Assembly (NCBI RefSeq): GCF_009914755.1
Contig: NC_060929.1
Strand: one strand, 5' to 3'
Source: the human T2T-CHM13v2.0 reference genome, Homo sapiens
DNA length: 64,000 nucleotides
Shown here: piece by piece, positions 1-12,989 of the stretch
Layout: every line of letters begins with the position of its first letter
Position numbering within the stretch: the stretch's first letter is position 1
Position numbers and translations under genes: made by a program
Notes under the pieces: model-generated
What the model was told of the DNA's origin: nothing
Databases searched by the model: none
What the model saw: only the letters and a program-made list of their open reading frames with translations

Positions 1-3000
1 ATGGCTTCATAACTTATTTCTATCTAGTGTTAAATAATATTTCATTGCCTCGACGTACTACAGTTCATTTATTCACTTACCTACTGAAGGACATCTTGGA
101 TGCATCCAAGTCTTGATAATTATGAACAAAGCTGCTATAAACACCCAGGTACAAGATTTGTGTGGACATACATTTTTATGTTTTCTGGGTAAATACCAAG
201 AGGTGAGATTGCTGGATCATATGGTCAGAGTTATATTTAGTTCTATAACAAACTGCTAAACTGTTCTATTTTGCATTGCCATCAGCAATGAATGAGAGTT
301 CCTGTTGCTCCACATCCTTGTCAGCATTTGGTGTTGTCAGTGTTTTAGATTTTGGCCATTCTTAGATGTGTGTAATGGTATCTTGTTTTAACCTGTGGTT
401 CCCTAATGACATGATGTTGAACATCTTTTCATATGTTTATTAGTCATTTGTATATCTTCTGTGGTATCTATTCAGGTCTTTGGCCTATTTTTTAACCAGG
501 TTGTTCATTTTTTTATTGTTGAGTTTTAAGAGATTTTTGCATATTTTGGATGAGATTCCTTTATCAGATGTGTCTTTTGCAAATATCTTCTCCCAGTCTG
601 AGGCTTGTCTTCTTATTCTCTTGACATTGTATTTTGCAGAGCAGAACTTTTAAAATTTAATGAAACACAACTTATTAATTCTTTCTTCATAGATTATGCC
701 TTTGGTGTCGTATCTAAAATGTTATTGCCATGTCCAAGGTCATCTAGATTTTGTCCTATGTTATCTTTCAGGAGTTTTATAGTTTTGTGTTTTACACTTA
801 GGTCTATTATTTATTTTGAGTTAATTTCTTTGAAGGGTATAAGGTCTATGTCTCGATTGATTTTTTCATGTTTGGATGTCCAGTTTTCAACCACTTGTTG
901 AAAAGACTATCTTTGCTCCATTGTATTGTCTTTGCTCCTTTGTCAAAGGTTCTTTGACTATATTTATTCAGGTCTATTTCTGGGCTATCTATTCTGTTCC
1001 ATTAATCCATGTGTTTTATTCTTTCACCAATACAACACTGTCTTGATTACTGTAGCTTTATAGTAAGCCTGGAGGTTGGGTAGTCTCAGACTTCCAACTC
1101 TGTTCTCCTCCTTCAATATTATGTTGGCTACTCTGGGTCTTTTGCCTCTGGAACAAACTTTAGAATCAATTTATTGATATCCACAATATAACTTGCAGTG
1201 ATTTTGATTAGAATTGCATCGAATCTATATATCAATTTGGGAAGAACTGACATCTTGACAATATTGAATCTTCCTATTTATAAACATGGGATAGCTCTAT
1301 TTATTTAGTTATTTGATTTCTTTCATCAGAGTTTTGTAGTCTTTCTCACATAGACCTTGTACATACTCGTTAAATTTAGATCTAAATATTTAAATTTGGG
1401 GAGGAGTTAATGTAAATGATAATGTGTTGTAAATTTCAAATTTTACTTGTTCCTTGTTAGTGTATATGGAAAAGTGATTGACTTTTGTGTGTTAATCTTG
1501 TGTTCTGCAAACTTGCTATACTTGTTTTTCAGTTTCAGAAGGATTTTTGTTGTTCTTTTGAAATTTTTCTATAGATGATGAAGTCGTCTGTGAACAAAGA
1601 CAGTTTTATTTCTTTCTTCTTAATCTGTATACCTTTTATTTCCTTTACTTTTTTTGCATTTGCTAGAACTTCCAGTATGATTTTGAAAATAAGGTGAAAG
1701 GGACATACTTGCCTTGTTCTGATCTTACTAGGAAAGCTTAAGAGTCTCTCACCATTAAGTGATGTTAGCTGTAGGTTGTTTTTTGGTAATGTTCTTTACC
1801 AAATTGAGGAAATTCCCCTGCATTTTTAGTGTGCTGAGAGGTTTTGTCATGACTGGGTATTAGATTTACCAAACATTTTTCTGCACCTATTGATATGATC
1901 ATGTGATTTTTCTTCTTCAGCCTGTTGATATGATGTGTTATATTAATTGATGATTGAATGTTGCCTTGCATGTCTGGGTTAAATGTCACTTGGTCATGAT
2001 GTATAATCCTTTTCATACATTGTTGAATTCAATGTGCTAATATTTTGCTGAGGATGTTTGCATCTATGTTCATGAGAGATATTTGTCTGTAGTTTTCTTT
2101 TCTTGTAATGTCTTTGTCTGATTTCAGTATTAGGGGAATGTCTGCCTTATGGGATGAATTAGAAAGTATTCTCTTTGCTTGTATTTTCTGGAAGAGATGG
2201 TAGAAAACTGGTATACTTTCTTCCATAAATGTTTGGTAGAATTTACTGGTGAAGTCTTATGAGCCTCATGCTTTCTATTTTGGGAGGTTATTAATAATTA
2301 TTCATTCAATTTCATTAAAAATATAGGTCTATTCAAATTGTTGATTTCTTCTTGTGTGAGTGTTGATGTATTGTGTCTTTTAGAAACTGGTTCATTTCAT
2401 CTAGGTTGTCAAATTTGTGGGCATAGAGTTGTTCGTACTATTCCTTAATTGTCCTGTTAGCGTCCTTTGGACTCTTCAGTGATGTATCCTCTTTCATTTC
2501 TGATATTAGCAATTTGTGTCTTCTCTCTTTTTTTCTTAGTTAGCCTAGCTAGAGATTATTAATTTTATTAATCTTTAAAAAAAGAGCTTTTGGTTTTGTT
2601 GATTTTTATTATTAATGTCTTGTTTTACATTCCATCAATTTCTGCTCTAATTTTTATTACTTCTTTTTTTTGCTTACTTCAGATTTAGCTTGTTCTTTTT
2701 TTAGTTTCATAAGGTGGAAACTTAGGTTACTGGTTTTTGGATCTTTCTTATTTTCTAATATATACATTAGATGCTATATATTTCCTTCTTAGCACTTCTT
2801 TCACTGCATCACACAAATTTTGATAAGTTGTGTTCTCATTTAGTTCAAAATATTTTAAAATTTCCTTTTTGATTCATGTGTTCTTTAGAAGTGTGTTGTT
2901 TCTTAGTATTTTGAGATTTTCCATTTATCTTTCTGTTATTGATTTCTAATTTAATTCTATGATGATCTGAGACCATACATTACATAATTTCTATTTTTTA

Positions 3001-3369
3001 CATTAATTAAATTAAACATTAAATTCTTTTCCTTTTAATTGTGTTTTATGGTCTAGAATGTGGTCTATCTTGGTGAATGCTCCATGTGAGCTTGAGAAGA
3101 ATGCTGTATTCTTCACTTGTTGGATGAAGTAGTCTATAGAGGTAGATTATATCTAGTCAATTAGTACAGAATTCCAAGTTGATGTTTTTTTTCTCTCAAC
3201 ATTCCAAATATTTCACTCTGCTCCCTTCTTGCTTGCATGGTATGTGAAGAGAAGTCTGATGTAGCTCTCATCTTTGCTATTCTATATGTAAGGTGTTTTA
3301 TTTTATCTCTGGTTTCTTTCAAGATTTGGTCTTTATTTTTGTCTTTTTTAAAGCTTCAATATAATATGC
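1..3369 (-). mobile_element. Ancient LINE-1 (L1MB/L1MC-like): decayed ORF2 to ~3160, then a jump into ORF1 sequence
   Basis: Minus-strand ORFs 1765-2016 ([26 protein letters not shown]) and 2029-2226 (KDITRKENYRQISLMNIDANILSKILA) are L1 ORF2 RT-region peptides. T-rich antisense L1 sequence runs throughout. Confidence 0.9.
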
Positions 3370-3726
3370 TGCAATAGACGGAATGTGTCCCTCCAAAATT
3401 CATATTCTGAAACCCTAATCTCAATATATTAGGTATTTGGATGTGGGAAGGTTGGGGTAATTTGATCATAAGGTTTGAATGCTCGCAAATAATATTGGTG
3501 TCCTCATAAGAAGAGGCCAGGGAACTAGCTAGCAGCTAGCTTTCTTCCGCTATGTGAGGATATAATGAGAAGATGGCAGTCTGCAATCTGGAGAGGGCCT
3601 TCGCTGGAATCTGCCCATGCTGTCACCCTTATCTCACTTTCAACAACCAGAACTATAAAAAATAAATGTTTGTTCTTTAAACTACCTGGTTTGTGGCATT
3701 TTATTATAGCAAGTTAAACTAAGATA
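3370..3726 (+). mobile_element. MaLR solo LTR (MLT1A-like) inserted in the ancient L1
   Basis: Starts TGCAATAGACGGAATGTGTCCCTCCAAAATTCATA, has AATAAA near 3661 and ends ACTAAGATA. Perfect 5-bp TSD tatgc at 3365-3369 and 3727-3731. Confidence 0.85.
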
Positions 3727-5051
3727 TATGCCTAAGTGCAGTTTTGTTTTTGTTTTTTGCATTTGTCCTGCTTGCTATTCTCTTTGCTTCCTACATCGAT
3801 GGTTTGGTGTCTTTTATTAGTTGGGCGACATTCTGAGTCATTACTGCTTCAAATATTGTTTCTGTTCCTTTTTCTTTTTCTTCCTCTTCTGGTATTCTAG
3901 TTATGGGTATATCATACCTTTTGTAGTTTTTCCACCGTTTGAGTTTTTTCAGTCTTTTTTTCTCTTTGTTTTTCAGTTTTGGAAGTTTCTATTGCCATAT
4001 TCTTAAGCTCAGAGATTCTTTCCTCAGCCTTGTATAGTCTACTAATGAGCTCATCAAAGATTCCTTATTTTTATTATAGTGTTTCCCATCACTAACCTTT
4101 CCTTTTTATTCTTTCTTAGAATTTCCATCTCTCTGCTTCCATTATCCATCTGTTTTTGCATGTTGTCTGTTTTTTCCATTAATACGCCCTTAGCATATTC
4201 ATCATATTTTTCTTAAATTCCGGATCTGATAATTGCAACATTTCTGCCATATCTGACTCGAATGCTTATTCAGTCTCTTCAAACAGTGTTTTTTGCCTTT
4301 TAGTGTATCTTGTAATTTTTTGTTGAAAGGTGGACATAATGTAATGAAAAAAAAGAACTGTGGTAAGTAGGCCTTCAATGGTATGGTGTTAAGGTATGGA
4401 GTAGGGGAAGCATTCTATATCCTGTGATTCGTTTCAGTCTTTTGATGAACCTGTGTCCCTAAATTTTACCTGTACTTGTCAGTTATTTTTCCTCCATTAA
4501 GTGGGACAGGATGGCTAAAGGGGGCTAGGTTCGGGTATTTCCCTTCCTCTAGATAAGTTAGGCTCTGCTGAAACTCTTGCCGGTGAGGCTCTAGTAAACT
4601 AGTTTCACCTGAGAGAGGCCTCATTAAGAACGGAATGCTCCGGTATGTTTTAAGAAGTTTCCTTTTCCCCGCCCCCGGCCAGAAGCAAGGGATTTTCCTC
4701 TAATACCTACTGTGAGAACCTGCTCAAGCTCCTGGAGGTAAAACTCACAAAAATGTGGAGGGCCCCCTATGGCTGATTCCCCCTGGAATTTTTAACGCTC
4801 AGAGTTGTCTGCCCTGAGCCTCTGGTAATTTGTCAATTACAGTTTGTCATGGAGGTTCCTGCTCTAGTAAGTCACGATTCTCTATACTCGATTGTCTGTC
4901 TTTCCAATTTTTGGGGCAGCGGTTTGCCCTGTGACCTCAATTCTCTGAGGGATCTAAGAAGAGTTGTTTATTTTTCAGTATGTTCAGCTTTTTATTTGTT
5001 ATGATGGAGTTGTGACTTCTAATCTCTTTACTTGCTGGGGAAACAGAAGTC
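3727..5051 (-). mobile_element. Continuation of the ancient L1 (ORF1 N-terminal part and 5' UTR)
   Basis: ORF1-like antisense sequence resumes after the TSD. L1M-type 5' UTR ends at cagaagtc (GACTTCTG on minus). Confidence 0.7.
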
Positions 5052-5128
5052 TGTCTAAACTCTTGATAACCATTATGCCTCATGTCTTCCCACTGGTTAT
5101 TTATCAAATTGAATTCTGTGCTGTGTGG

Positions 5129-5490
5129 TGTCTTAGCCTGGGTTCTTCAAGAAGGAAAGTCTGAGTTAAAGCTTTATGTGCTATTATTTTAGCAGGAAGT
5201 TCAATTCCAGCAAGCAAGAAGGAGAAAAAAAGGGAATGAGATAAGGAAAGGAGAGCCAATATTGTGTGCTATGAAACTGGCCACTTCCTGGTATTGAATT
5301 CAATTGACTGTTCATTTTCAAGAAGACTTTGAAAAGATTATATAAACAATTATTTTTCAGAATAGTCTGTGGGGTGGAGGTGGGACTTAAGACTATCTGA
5401 TGTCTCAGTCTTCCATTCATCAAAATTTCACTCCATGGTTTATCTCCCTTCCCCTACATTTCTGGGTTGCACACATGTTGTTTAAAAAAA
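5129..5490 (-). mobile_element. Old ERVL-class LTR (LTR33/LTR16-like), copy 1
   Basis: tgtcttagcctgggttcttcaagaaggaaagtctgag...tattttagcaggaag resembles the reverse-complemented 3' end of these LTRs. Confidence 0.5.
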
Positions 5491-5502
5491 AAGGTCTTAT
5501 GG

Positions 5503-5975
5503 TGTCTTAGTTTTGGTTTGCCTGGAAGCAGGGCATGAATAAGGGTTTGGTGCAGGTGCAGATAGTTTATTAAAATGGTGATCCAGGAAGCAGGAGTAAG
5601 GGAGTTGGGAGGAAGAGTGAAAGAGAAAAATACAATGTAAAAGTGCATTATTGAGGTTCCTACAGTAAGCAATAGGGGCTTCATTCCAGTACAGAATTCT
5701 TCTCAGAATTGTACATTCATAGGATGGGAGGCTGGGGCATTAATCCACTATCTCCCATCCCCCACTTATTGAGAGTTGCCTGTAGGGGCTATAAGTCTTT
5801 TCCCTTTCTGGGAAGTGCTTAAATATGCATTCACATGCTTACATGGACATCTGGGATTTTGGAGAAGGCTCCTAGCTTGAAAAGCAGAGACATTGAGATA
5901 TCAGCATGAGTCTGTGCTTGTGTGCAACTGCCCACAACAGAGGTGGGCCAGAGAGATGTGACATACATTATCTGA
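5503..5975 (-). mobile_element. Old ERVL-class LTR (LTR33/LTR16-like), copy 2
   Basis: tgtcttagttttggtttgcctggaagcagggcatgaataagggtttggtgcagg...tagtttattaaaatggtgatccaggaagcaggag. Confidence 0.6.
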
Positions 5976-6395
5976 TGCCTCGGGGAACAGGGAAGCTGTG
6001 GGGTGGATTGTCAGAGCAGTATTTCTTTTGTGGGATGGTGTGAGATTATGTCTCCAGAATGGCACTGACATGCTGATTTCAGGTGACTCATATTGTTTGT
6101 ATAGTCAGGGACCCTGTTAAAATATTTGCCTGCGACTTCACATACCCTAGGGAAACCCTGCCTGTGTGAGGTAGGCTGGAGTCATTCAAAGTTCACTGCA
6201 GTAGCTGCAGCTAGAACAACAGAAAAGTAAGACTCAGAGGACATATAGTGGCATATAGGAGGTAACTGATATCCTTGGCTAAGTGCTTCTTCAGAAGTTT
6301 TACAGAGGATTTTTAGAGTCTTTACTTTCTATATGAATAGAATAATGTTTGCAAAAATTTTACGAGTGAGTCCACATGTAGAGAGGATTGCACAA

Positions 6396-6949
6396 TGTGG
6401 CTGCTGCAAATTCATGTTATTCTGATGTATATACTCCTCCTATTCAGAAGGTGGGGGTCTGTTTCTTCAGTCCACCCTTTTGAACCTGGACCAGCAGATA
6501 ACTAGCTTATGAGTGTCTGTATAAGAGAAGGTGCACCACTGGAGCTAGCCTTGTGACTTCCTTTGACTAACAGAACAAGGCAGAAGTGATGTTTTGCGAA
6601 TTCTGGGACCTGAGCCTTAAGTGGTTGTGCAGCTTCTGCCTTTATTGTCCACACTGAGGCCAACATTGAGGGAGGTCGTTCTAGCCTATTGTAGGATGAG
6701 AGGCCATATGGAGGAGAACTGGGGAACCCCCACTGATGGCCAGCACCCACTCCCAGCATGTCAATAAGGCTATGGTGAATCCACCATTCTGGCAGCCCCT
6801 CTCTCTCAATGCAGTCATAGAAGAAAGTCGAGGCAAAACTAGAGGTCACTGCACAGCCAAGCCACAGAATCGTGAGAAATACTAAATCGTTGTTTCAAGA
6901 CACTATGTTTAGGTGGTTTGTTATACAGCAACAGGTAACTAATCTAACA
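6396..6949 (+). mobile_element. MaLR LTR (MLT1G/H-like)
   Basis: ttgtgacttcctttgactaacagaacaaggcagaagtgatg; 3' end cacagaatcgtgagaaat...ggtggtttgttatacagcaacaggtaactaatctaaca. Confidence 0.75.
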
Positions 6950-7719
6950 TGAGCAAAATCCTGATAGTCTTTGGAACCATTTTTATGCCTTAATGAGATA
7001 GATGACTAAATTAAATGATGTGTTAATAAGTTAGCAAATACTAATAAGGTTTCATGTTGAGTTTTGGAGAGTTCCTCTTCAGTATTTAGCCAATGAAGAA
7101 ACCACAAACAAGGAGTTGCTGTTCTATGCAAAAAAGTAAACTTATGAAAATTACACTCAGTGAAATAAAATGGCAAATAGTGCTTTAAGTAGTTTGTGTA
7201 ACTATAACTAAAAAGAACATTTTATATGTATGAACCCGTGGCTTATGGGAAAAGAAGTGACAGTCATAATGTCCTTGTGTAAATGGTGCAAGTTTGTACT
7301 CGAATTCTAAATTATTTTGTGGATCATAGAAGTTACTAACACTTACTGAAAGGGTTTGAGGGAAGGGGGCTCTGTTTTCTGAGTAGGAACTGAGTTTAGC
7401 CTGTGGTGTTGTGAAGGGGTTCAGAAACTGTCAATAATAGGAAAGGGGAGGAGAAGCCCAAGACAATAGATTCCTTATCTTTATCCCTTTGCTTGTGTCT
7501 GTAATGTCAAAAGAGCGAGAGATACCAAATTTCCTAATAATAATATAGAGGAAATCTCATAACCTGCCCTTTTAGCAGTAGAAATTTGAGTTTGATTATA
7601 CAATGTAAAAAGAGATGTAGAACATTTTCATAGGATCCCTGATTGAAAGAAATCTTTCCTGTATAGTGTTTGGTACAGTAAGGCTGGTTCTTTGACCAAC
7701 TGATAAACTATTTCTAGAT

Positions 7720-7990
7720 TACACAAATTGGTAACTCATCTATCTAACTTTTCTTTAGCCTGCATTGTGTATGAACATTGTGTTTTACAACAATTGAGCT
7801 GCAATTGAAAAATTCAAGAGTTTTCACACAAAAATCTGTACTTTTAGCATCTCTTGAAATTTGGATGCTCTGACCATGGGTCTAGAGTGGGGCACAGCAA
7901 CCGCTTTAGACAGATCCCACATTCTCCAATCAGTAGACTCCACTTACTACCCTATCAGTCTGGCTGCTGTAGGCATGTGCCAATTGTTAT
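7720..7990 (+). mobile_element. hAT-Charlie MITE (MER102-like)
   Basis: ttttcacacaaaaatctgtacttttagcatctcttgaaa...ctttagacag...ctgtaggcatgtg matches the recalled MER102 body. Confidence 0.6.
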
Positions 7991-8388
7991 AGAATTATTT
8001 CAAAGGGGTCAAGAGTCCTGGTAATCTGGACTTGACTACTTAAACAACAATAAATAGCTTCATTTCTCATAGGTGGCAAATGACCAGAAAAAGTGATCTA
8101 TTCATGAAATATCCATTTTAAAATCATTTCTCCTATTAAAAAACCTCAGTTCAGGCAGAAGATTAATGTGTTTAGATAAAAGGTCTTGTGTGTGTTCACA
8201 GCTGATAAAGAGATGCACTCAGTCTGAGGAGAAGAAGAGACAATGACAGTGAAAAAACACCCATGTTTCACTTTTGGTATCCTCTGGGAATAAAGATTTC
8301 TGTTGGGTCTGAGCAGAGAGAATCAGAGTCAGCCCTTTAAAAGAAGCAGCAAAGACAACTGGCTTGAAAAGACTTGTTGAAAACACTT

Positions 8389-8865
8389 GTGTATGTGTTC
8401 TCATCATTCAGCTCCTACTTAAAAGTGAGAACATGTGGTATTTGGCTTTCTGTTCCTGTGTTAGTTTGCTAAGGATAATGGCCTCCAGCTCCATCCATGT
8501 CCCTGCAAAGGACATAATCTCATTCTTTGTTATGGCTGCATAGTATTCTGTGGTGTATATGTACCACATTTTCTTTATCCAGCCTATCATTGATGGGCAT
8601 TTAGATTGGTTCCATGTCTTTGTTATTGTGAATACTGATGCAATGAACATACGTGTGCATGTATCACATAGAAGGGAATGACACACACTAGGGTCTTTTG
8701 GAGGGTGGAGGGTGGGAGGAGGAAGAGGATCAGGAAAAATAATGAATGGGTACAAGGCTTAATACCTGGGTGATGAACTAATCTGTACAATAAACCCCCG
8801 TGACATAAGTTTGCCTATGTAACAAACTTGCACTAGTACCCCTGAACTTAAAAGTAAAAAGAAAA
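8389..8865 (+). mobile_element. 5'-truncated, 5'-inverted (twin-primed) older L1PA
   Basis: 8389-8665 is antisense ORF2 C-terminus (ORF 8408-8755: CTRMFIASVFTITKTWNQSKCPS..SFAGTWMELEAIILSKLTQEQK). 8666-8865 is sense 3' UTR with a G-rich tract and A-rich tail. Confidence 0.9.
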
Positions 8866-9670
8866 GGAGGATATACCTCAAAGACAACCTTTATGAATGA
8901 TGACTAAAAAGAGGATACTCTACTCTCTACCCTCTCTCACTATACCTTAGCTTAATAGAACATCCTAGAACTTTAACAGAACCCTATTAAAGAAAGCGGG
9001 GAACCCCAAGAGAGCTAATATTAAGTTTTCCACCATCTCAGTGAAATGGTGCTTTAAGTTTGAAGCCACTATAGACAATAGACTTTAAAAAAATATACCT
9101 AGAATTTTGGACTGAGATTTATGTCCATTATGTTGTCAAATAATGTACTTATTTTAGGGAGTTAAATATATTCCAATAAGTACAGTTGGTTTATGTGTTA
9201 AAACTATTTTTTGTCCTCTAATACTATTAAGTTTATAAAATATGCCATGTGATTCTGAACTTGATTATTACACTGAATATTAGAGTCATGATCCCAAGAC
9301 TTAATTGCCTTCACATGTGTTCAGTCATTTGCTGCCAACTCAGTGTCTTTCTTTTAAGAGCATCCTTATGTCCCTCCTCAGCAGCCAGAAATGTTTCCAG
9401 TGCTGTGCGCAGGTAATGACTCTTTAAATTACTGCCATTCAGTCATCTTCTGGACAGGTTTTCTTTAAGAGTCAGCAAATGAGCAGGACCTTCAAGGACT
9501 GCTCTTCAAACTAGTGGGTCTCCTACTTTGTATGGACATAGTTTCCATTGGGAAATGTTTCCTTTGGTTCCAGGTTTCTATTTCAGGGCACTGAAATAGA
9601 GACACATTGTTATTCTTTCTTAAAGCTTAGTTGAGAATTCCAATGGAAATTTTATTAATACGATAAACCA

Positions 9671-10790
9671 CATTCATTCATTCATTTAGAAAATATATGT
9701 CAAATGGAAACTACGTGCCCAGGATATTAAATAAAATCCTCTAGCTTTTCTCTGGGAGTGCACAGTTTCCTGCATGAGAGATCAATAAATGCATGCTTAT
9801 AAAAGCGTGTGAAAGTACTATAGTAAAGGTAGGAACTGTGTAACATAGGATAAAAACTGGAGGGAGTTGGGAAGTCAGATTATGAAGTGGGTCAGAAAGC
9901 ATTCTGAGTGAAGTGACATCCAAAGTGTGTTTTGAAGTAACGAGCAGGAATTATTCAAGAGAATAAAGAAAGTGACCTGAATGCCATGTTAGGAAATTTG
10001 GACTTTACGTAGAACTGGGTGTAGTTCCATGTAACACCATTAAAGGATTCTAAACAAGAAAGAAGTTTGATATGAGTTCCCTTTTAGAATGAACACTTTG
10101 GTGACACATGTGGAGGATGAATTAGGACCAGTGCAAAGGCAGGAGAAAGGACATCTAGTAAGAAGTAGTTAAAATAACTTAGATGATACAGTATGAGAGC
10201 CAGAACTCAAGCACTAGAAATAAGAATATCTACATATGTCTATCTATATATCTCTGTGTCTATATCTACACATAAAGGAATAGACTCAAAAGATACTAAG
10301 AATGAAGAGGACTCATGCTCTGAGAACTGATTGTATGTGTGGGGTGAGGAAAAGAAAGGAGTCAAGGATGATTTCAGTTTTTCTGCTTGGGTGGCTGATT
10401 GTACAACTGGATTATCCACAATATTGATGAATAAGGTGGAGGGGCAGATCTTAGGAGACTGATGACGAATGAATCTTTGGACTTTTTGACTTTGAAGGGC
10501 CAGTGGAACACTCAGAGATTCAATTATCATTTGGATATTTGGGTCTGCCGAATAGGGAAATAGCGGGGCTGGAAATAAATGTTTTAGAGTCTTCAGCACA
10601 TGGAAAATAGCTAAAACCTTGAGAATATATGAGATCATTCAGGGAGTGTTTATAGAAAGGAAGGAGAAGATTACCAATTACAAATGTATGGGGCACACTG
10701 ACTTTTAAAGGATGATCATTTGAAGAGGAGTATGTAAAACCTTTTTCTAAAAACAACTACAAGGGCAAGAAGAAAACTAAGAAATGATGT
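9671..10790 (-). mobile_element. LINE-2
   Basis: (CATT)n 3' tail at 9671; ggagtcaaggatgatttcagtttttctgcttggg and ggatatttgggtctg are typical antisense L2 segments. Confidence 0.8.
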
Positions 10791-10959
10791 GATCTGGGAG
10801 TACCAGTCTATAACAATCACAAAACCACTCTTCTTAAAAATTTTAATTTCTGTTTATTGACTGAAAAATAAGTTCTCTAATATCATCATGTTTTCCATTC
10901 AATTTTGTTTCAAAATGCACATATTTTATCATAGGCATATTTTTATTAATAAAATTATG

Positions 10960-11268
10960 GGCCAGGTGCAGTGGCTCATATCTGTAATCCTAGCACTTTG
11001 GGGGACTGAGGCAGGCAGATTGCTTGAGCTCAGGAGTTTGAGACCAACCTGGGCAACATGCCAAAACCCCGTCTCTACAAAAAATGATTTAAAATTAGCA
11101 AGGAGTGGTGCTGCGCAACTGTAGTCCCAGCTACTTGGGAGGCTGAGACGGGAGGATCACCTGAGTGAGCTTGGGGAGGTCAAGGCTACAGTGAACCGTG
11201 ATCACGCCACTGCATCCCAGCCTGGGCAGCAGAGTTAGAGTGAGACCCTGTCTCTAAATAAGTAAGTA
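10960..11268 (+). mobile_element. AluJ
   Basis: Dimeric Alu with J-type ggaggatcacctgag and gagaccctgtctc. TSD aataaaattatg (10948-10959) / aataaagttatg (11269-11280). Confidence 0.95.
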
Positions 11269-11364
11269 AATAAAGTTATGTAACTACATATGCCAAAAGA
11301 GGCATATTTCACTGATTTACTAGCGGGTACTGTCTAGTTGTTTTTTAAACTATGGAAATGATTA

Positions 11365-11730
11365 TATAGGAGAGTAAAGACACCCCCAAATTCTTTGACA
11401 CTCTTCCCATTGAGAGGTGGGAGTATGATATCAATGTCCCCCTTTTTTGAATCTGGGAGGGCTTTCTGTGTGCTTTGACCAAAAGAGTATGGCAGAAGTG
11501 AGGCTGTCCTCGATATTGGTAACTTCCACTTTCTATCTCTTGGAATAGTCTATAGGACCTCTGAGCTGTTATGTGAGAAGTCTACTACCCTGAGACTGCC
11601 ATGCTGGAGAGGCTATTTGTAGGTGATTTGGTTAACAGTCCCCTTTCAGCCATCCTTGTTAAGGCACCGGACATGTGACTAAACCCATTTGGGATCTTTC
11701 ATCTGCCACCTTAACACCACCAAGGGATCT
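11365..11730 (+). mobile_element. MaLR LTR fragment (MLT1H-like)
   Basis: caaattctttgacactcttcccattgagaggtgg...gctttgaccaaaagagtatggcagaagtga...ccctgagactgccatgctggagaggc. Confidence 0.75.
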
Positions 11731-12989
11731 TTGCTGATCCCAAGTGGAAGGTGATACTTATAGAAACATTTTCTAGATTTGATCTCTTGCAAATAAAAGC
11801 TATCAGTAATTTCAATGCAAAGAACTGCCTGAATGCATCTATACTCAAAATGAGAATGCTCTGTGTGAACCAACAAACTAGACCTCATTTTGGTTGTCAC
11901 AGTTGTCATGGAATAATTGCATCTTAATCTAAGGGCAAAGATTATCTTTTATGCTTACAGTCATCCTATCCTCTAGTGTAAGAAAGAGGAAGCCAGTCTG
12001 TGGCAGATGGAAAATACAGGCACCCATGACACAGAGGCATCGCTAGATTTCTTGAATTGGGACCAGTATGCTTAGAGATTCTTATGTTTAAAGAGCCAAT
12101 ATTTACTCTTTTGCCTGTAACTTTTATTAATTAATTTATTAAGGATAAATGTCCCAATTGGATATCATAAAATATAGTTTTATTTTAGACTGTACATTTT
12201 TATTTCTCAACACCTGAAAAGAAGAGACAAAAACTGAAATTACCATTTTTACAACTATCCTTCCATTTATACAATGGTGGGCTCATAAGGGTGGAGTTTG
12301 ACAATGATGTTTGACAACTGTAACAGTTCTGGTTCCTGTGATAAGAGCCTATATCTTCTGATGTCACATGCATATTCGCATTGATGCTTCACATGGGAAG
12401 CAGGAGAACACTGCAAAGGTATGCTGCATGCATTGCTGCTTTTTTGCAAAGTGGTGAGAAACAAATTGGCACTAGGAATGTTTTGCTGTGAATTTGGTGA
12501 ATGAGAAAGAGAAGTAGAAATAGAAATGCGTGAAAAATATGTGAGGGAGTCAGTAAATAAAGGACTAAACAAATGCAATTTTAAAAGTGATAATCTTAGA
12601 TACTTATGCATGTTTTGAAGAAAATAAGTGATATAACAAAAATGACAGGAGCTACTTGAGATAGGATGGTTGGGTCAGGCCCTCAGAGGATATGTAGCTG
12701 GGTAGGTAGGACCTGGAACTCAGCAGTTTGCGATGCTTTTCAAATATTTTTCTTCCCCTAGCAAGCTACCAACTTCTCCGTTTCCTAGGCACATGCATGG
12801 ACATCTAGTTTACCAACTCTTGACTGGCTGCATTCCGTGGTTAGATTAACGAGACACATTCTAGGAGTAATGTAATTAATTGCACTGTTGGCTGACTCAC
12901 TTTCTTTATTAATCATTTTTCAAAAAATAATGAATTTCCAAAAGATCAAATCAGAATAATGCAACAATTATTTTAGAAATGTAAAAAAT

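Noticed and set aside
8351-8889. aaagacaac on both sides of the twin-primed L1 as a TSD
   Set aside because: The copies are not adjacent to the element ends (about 30 and 15 bp away); likely chance.
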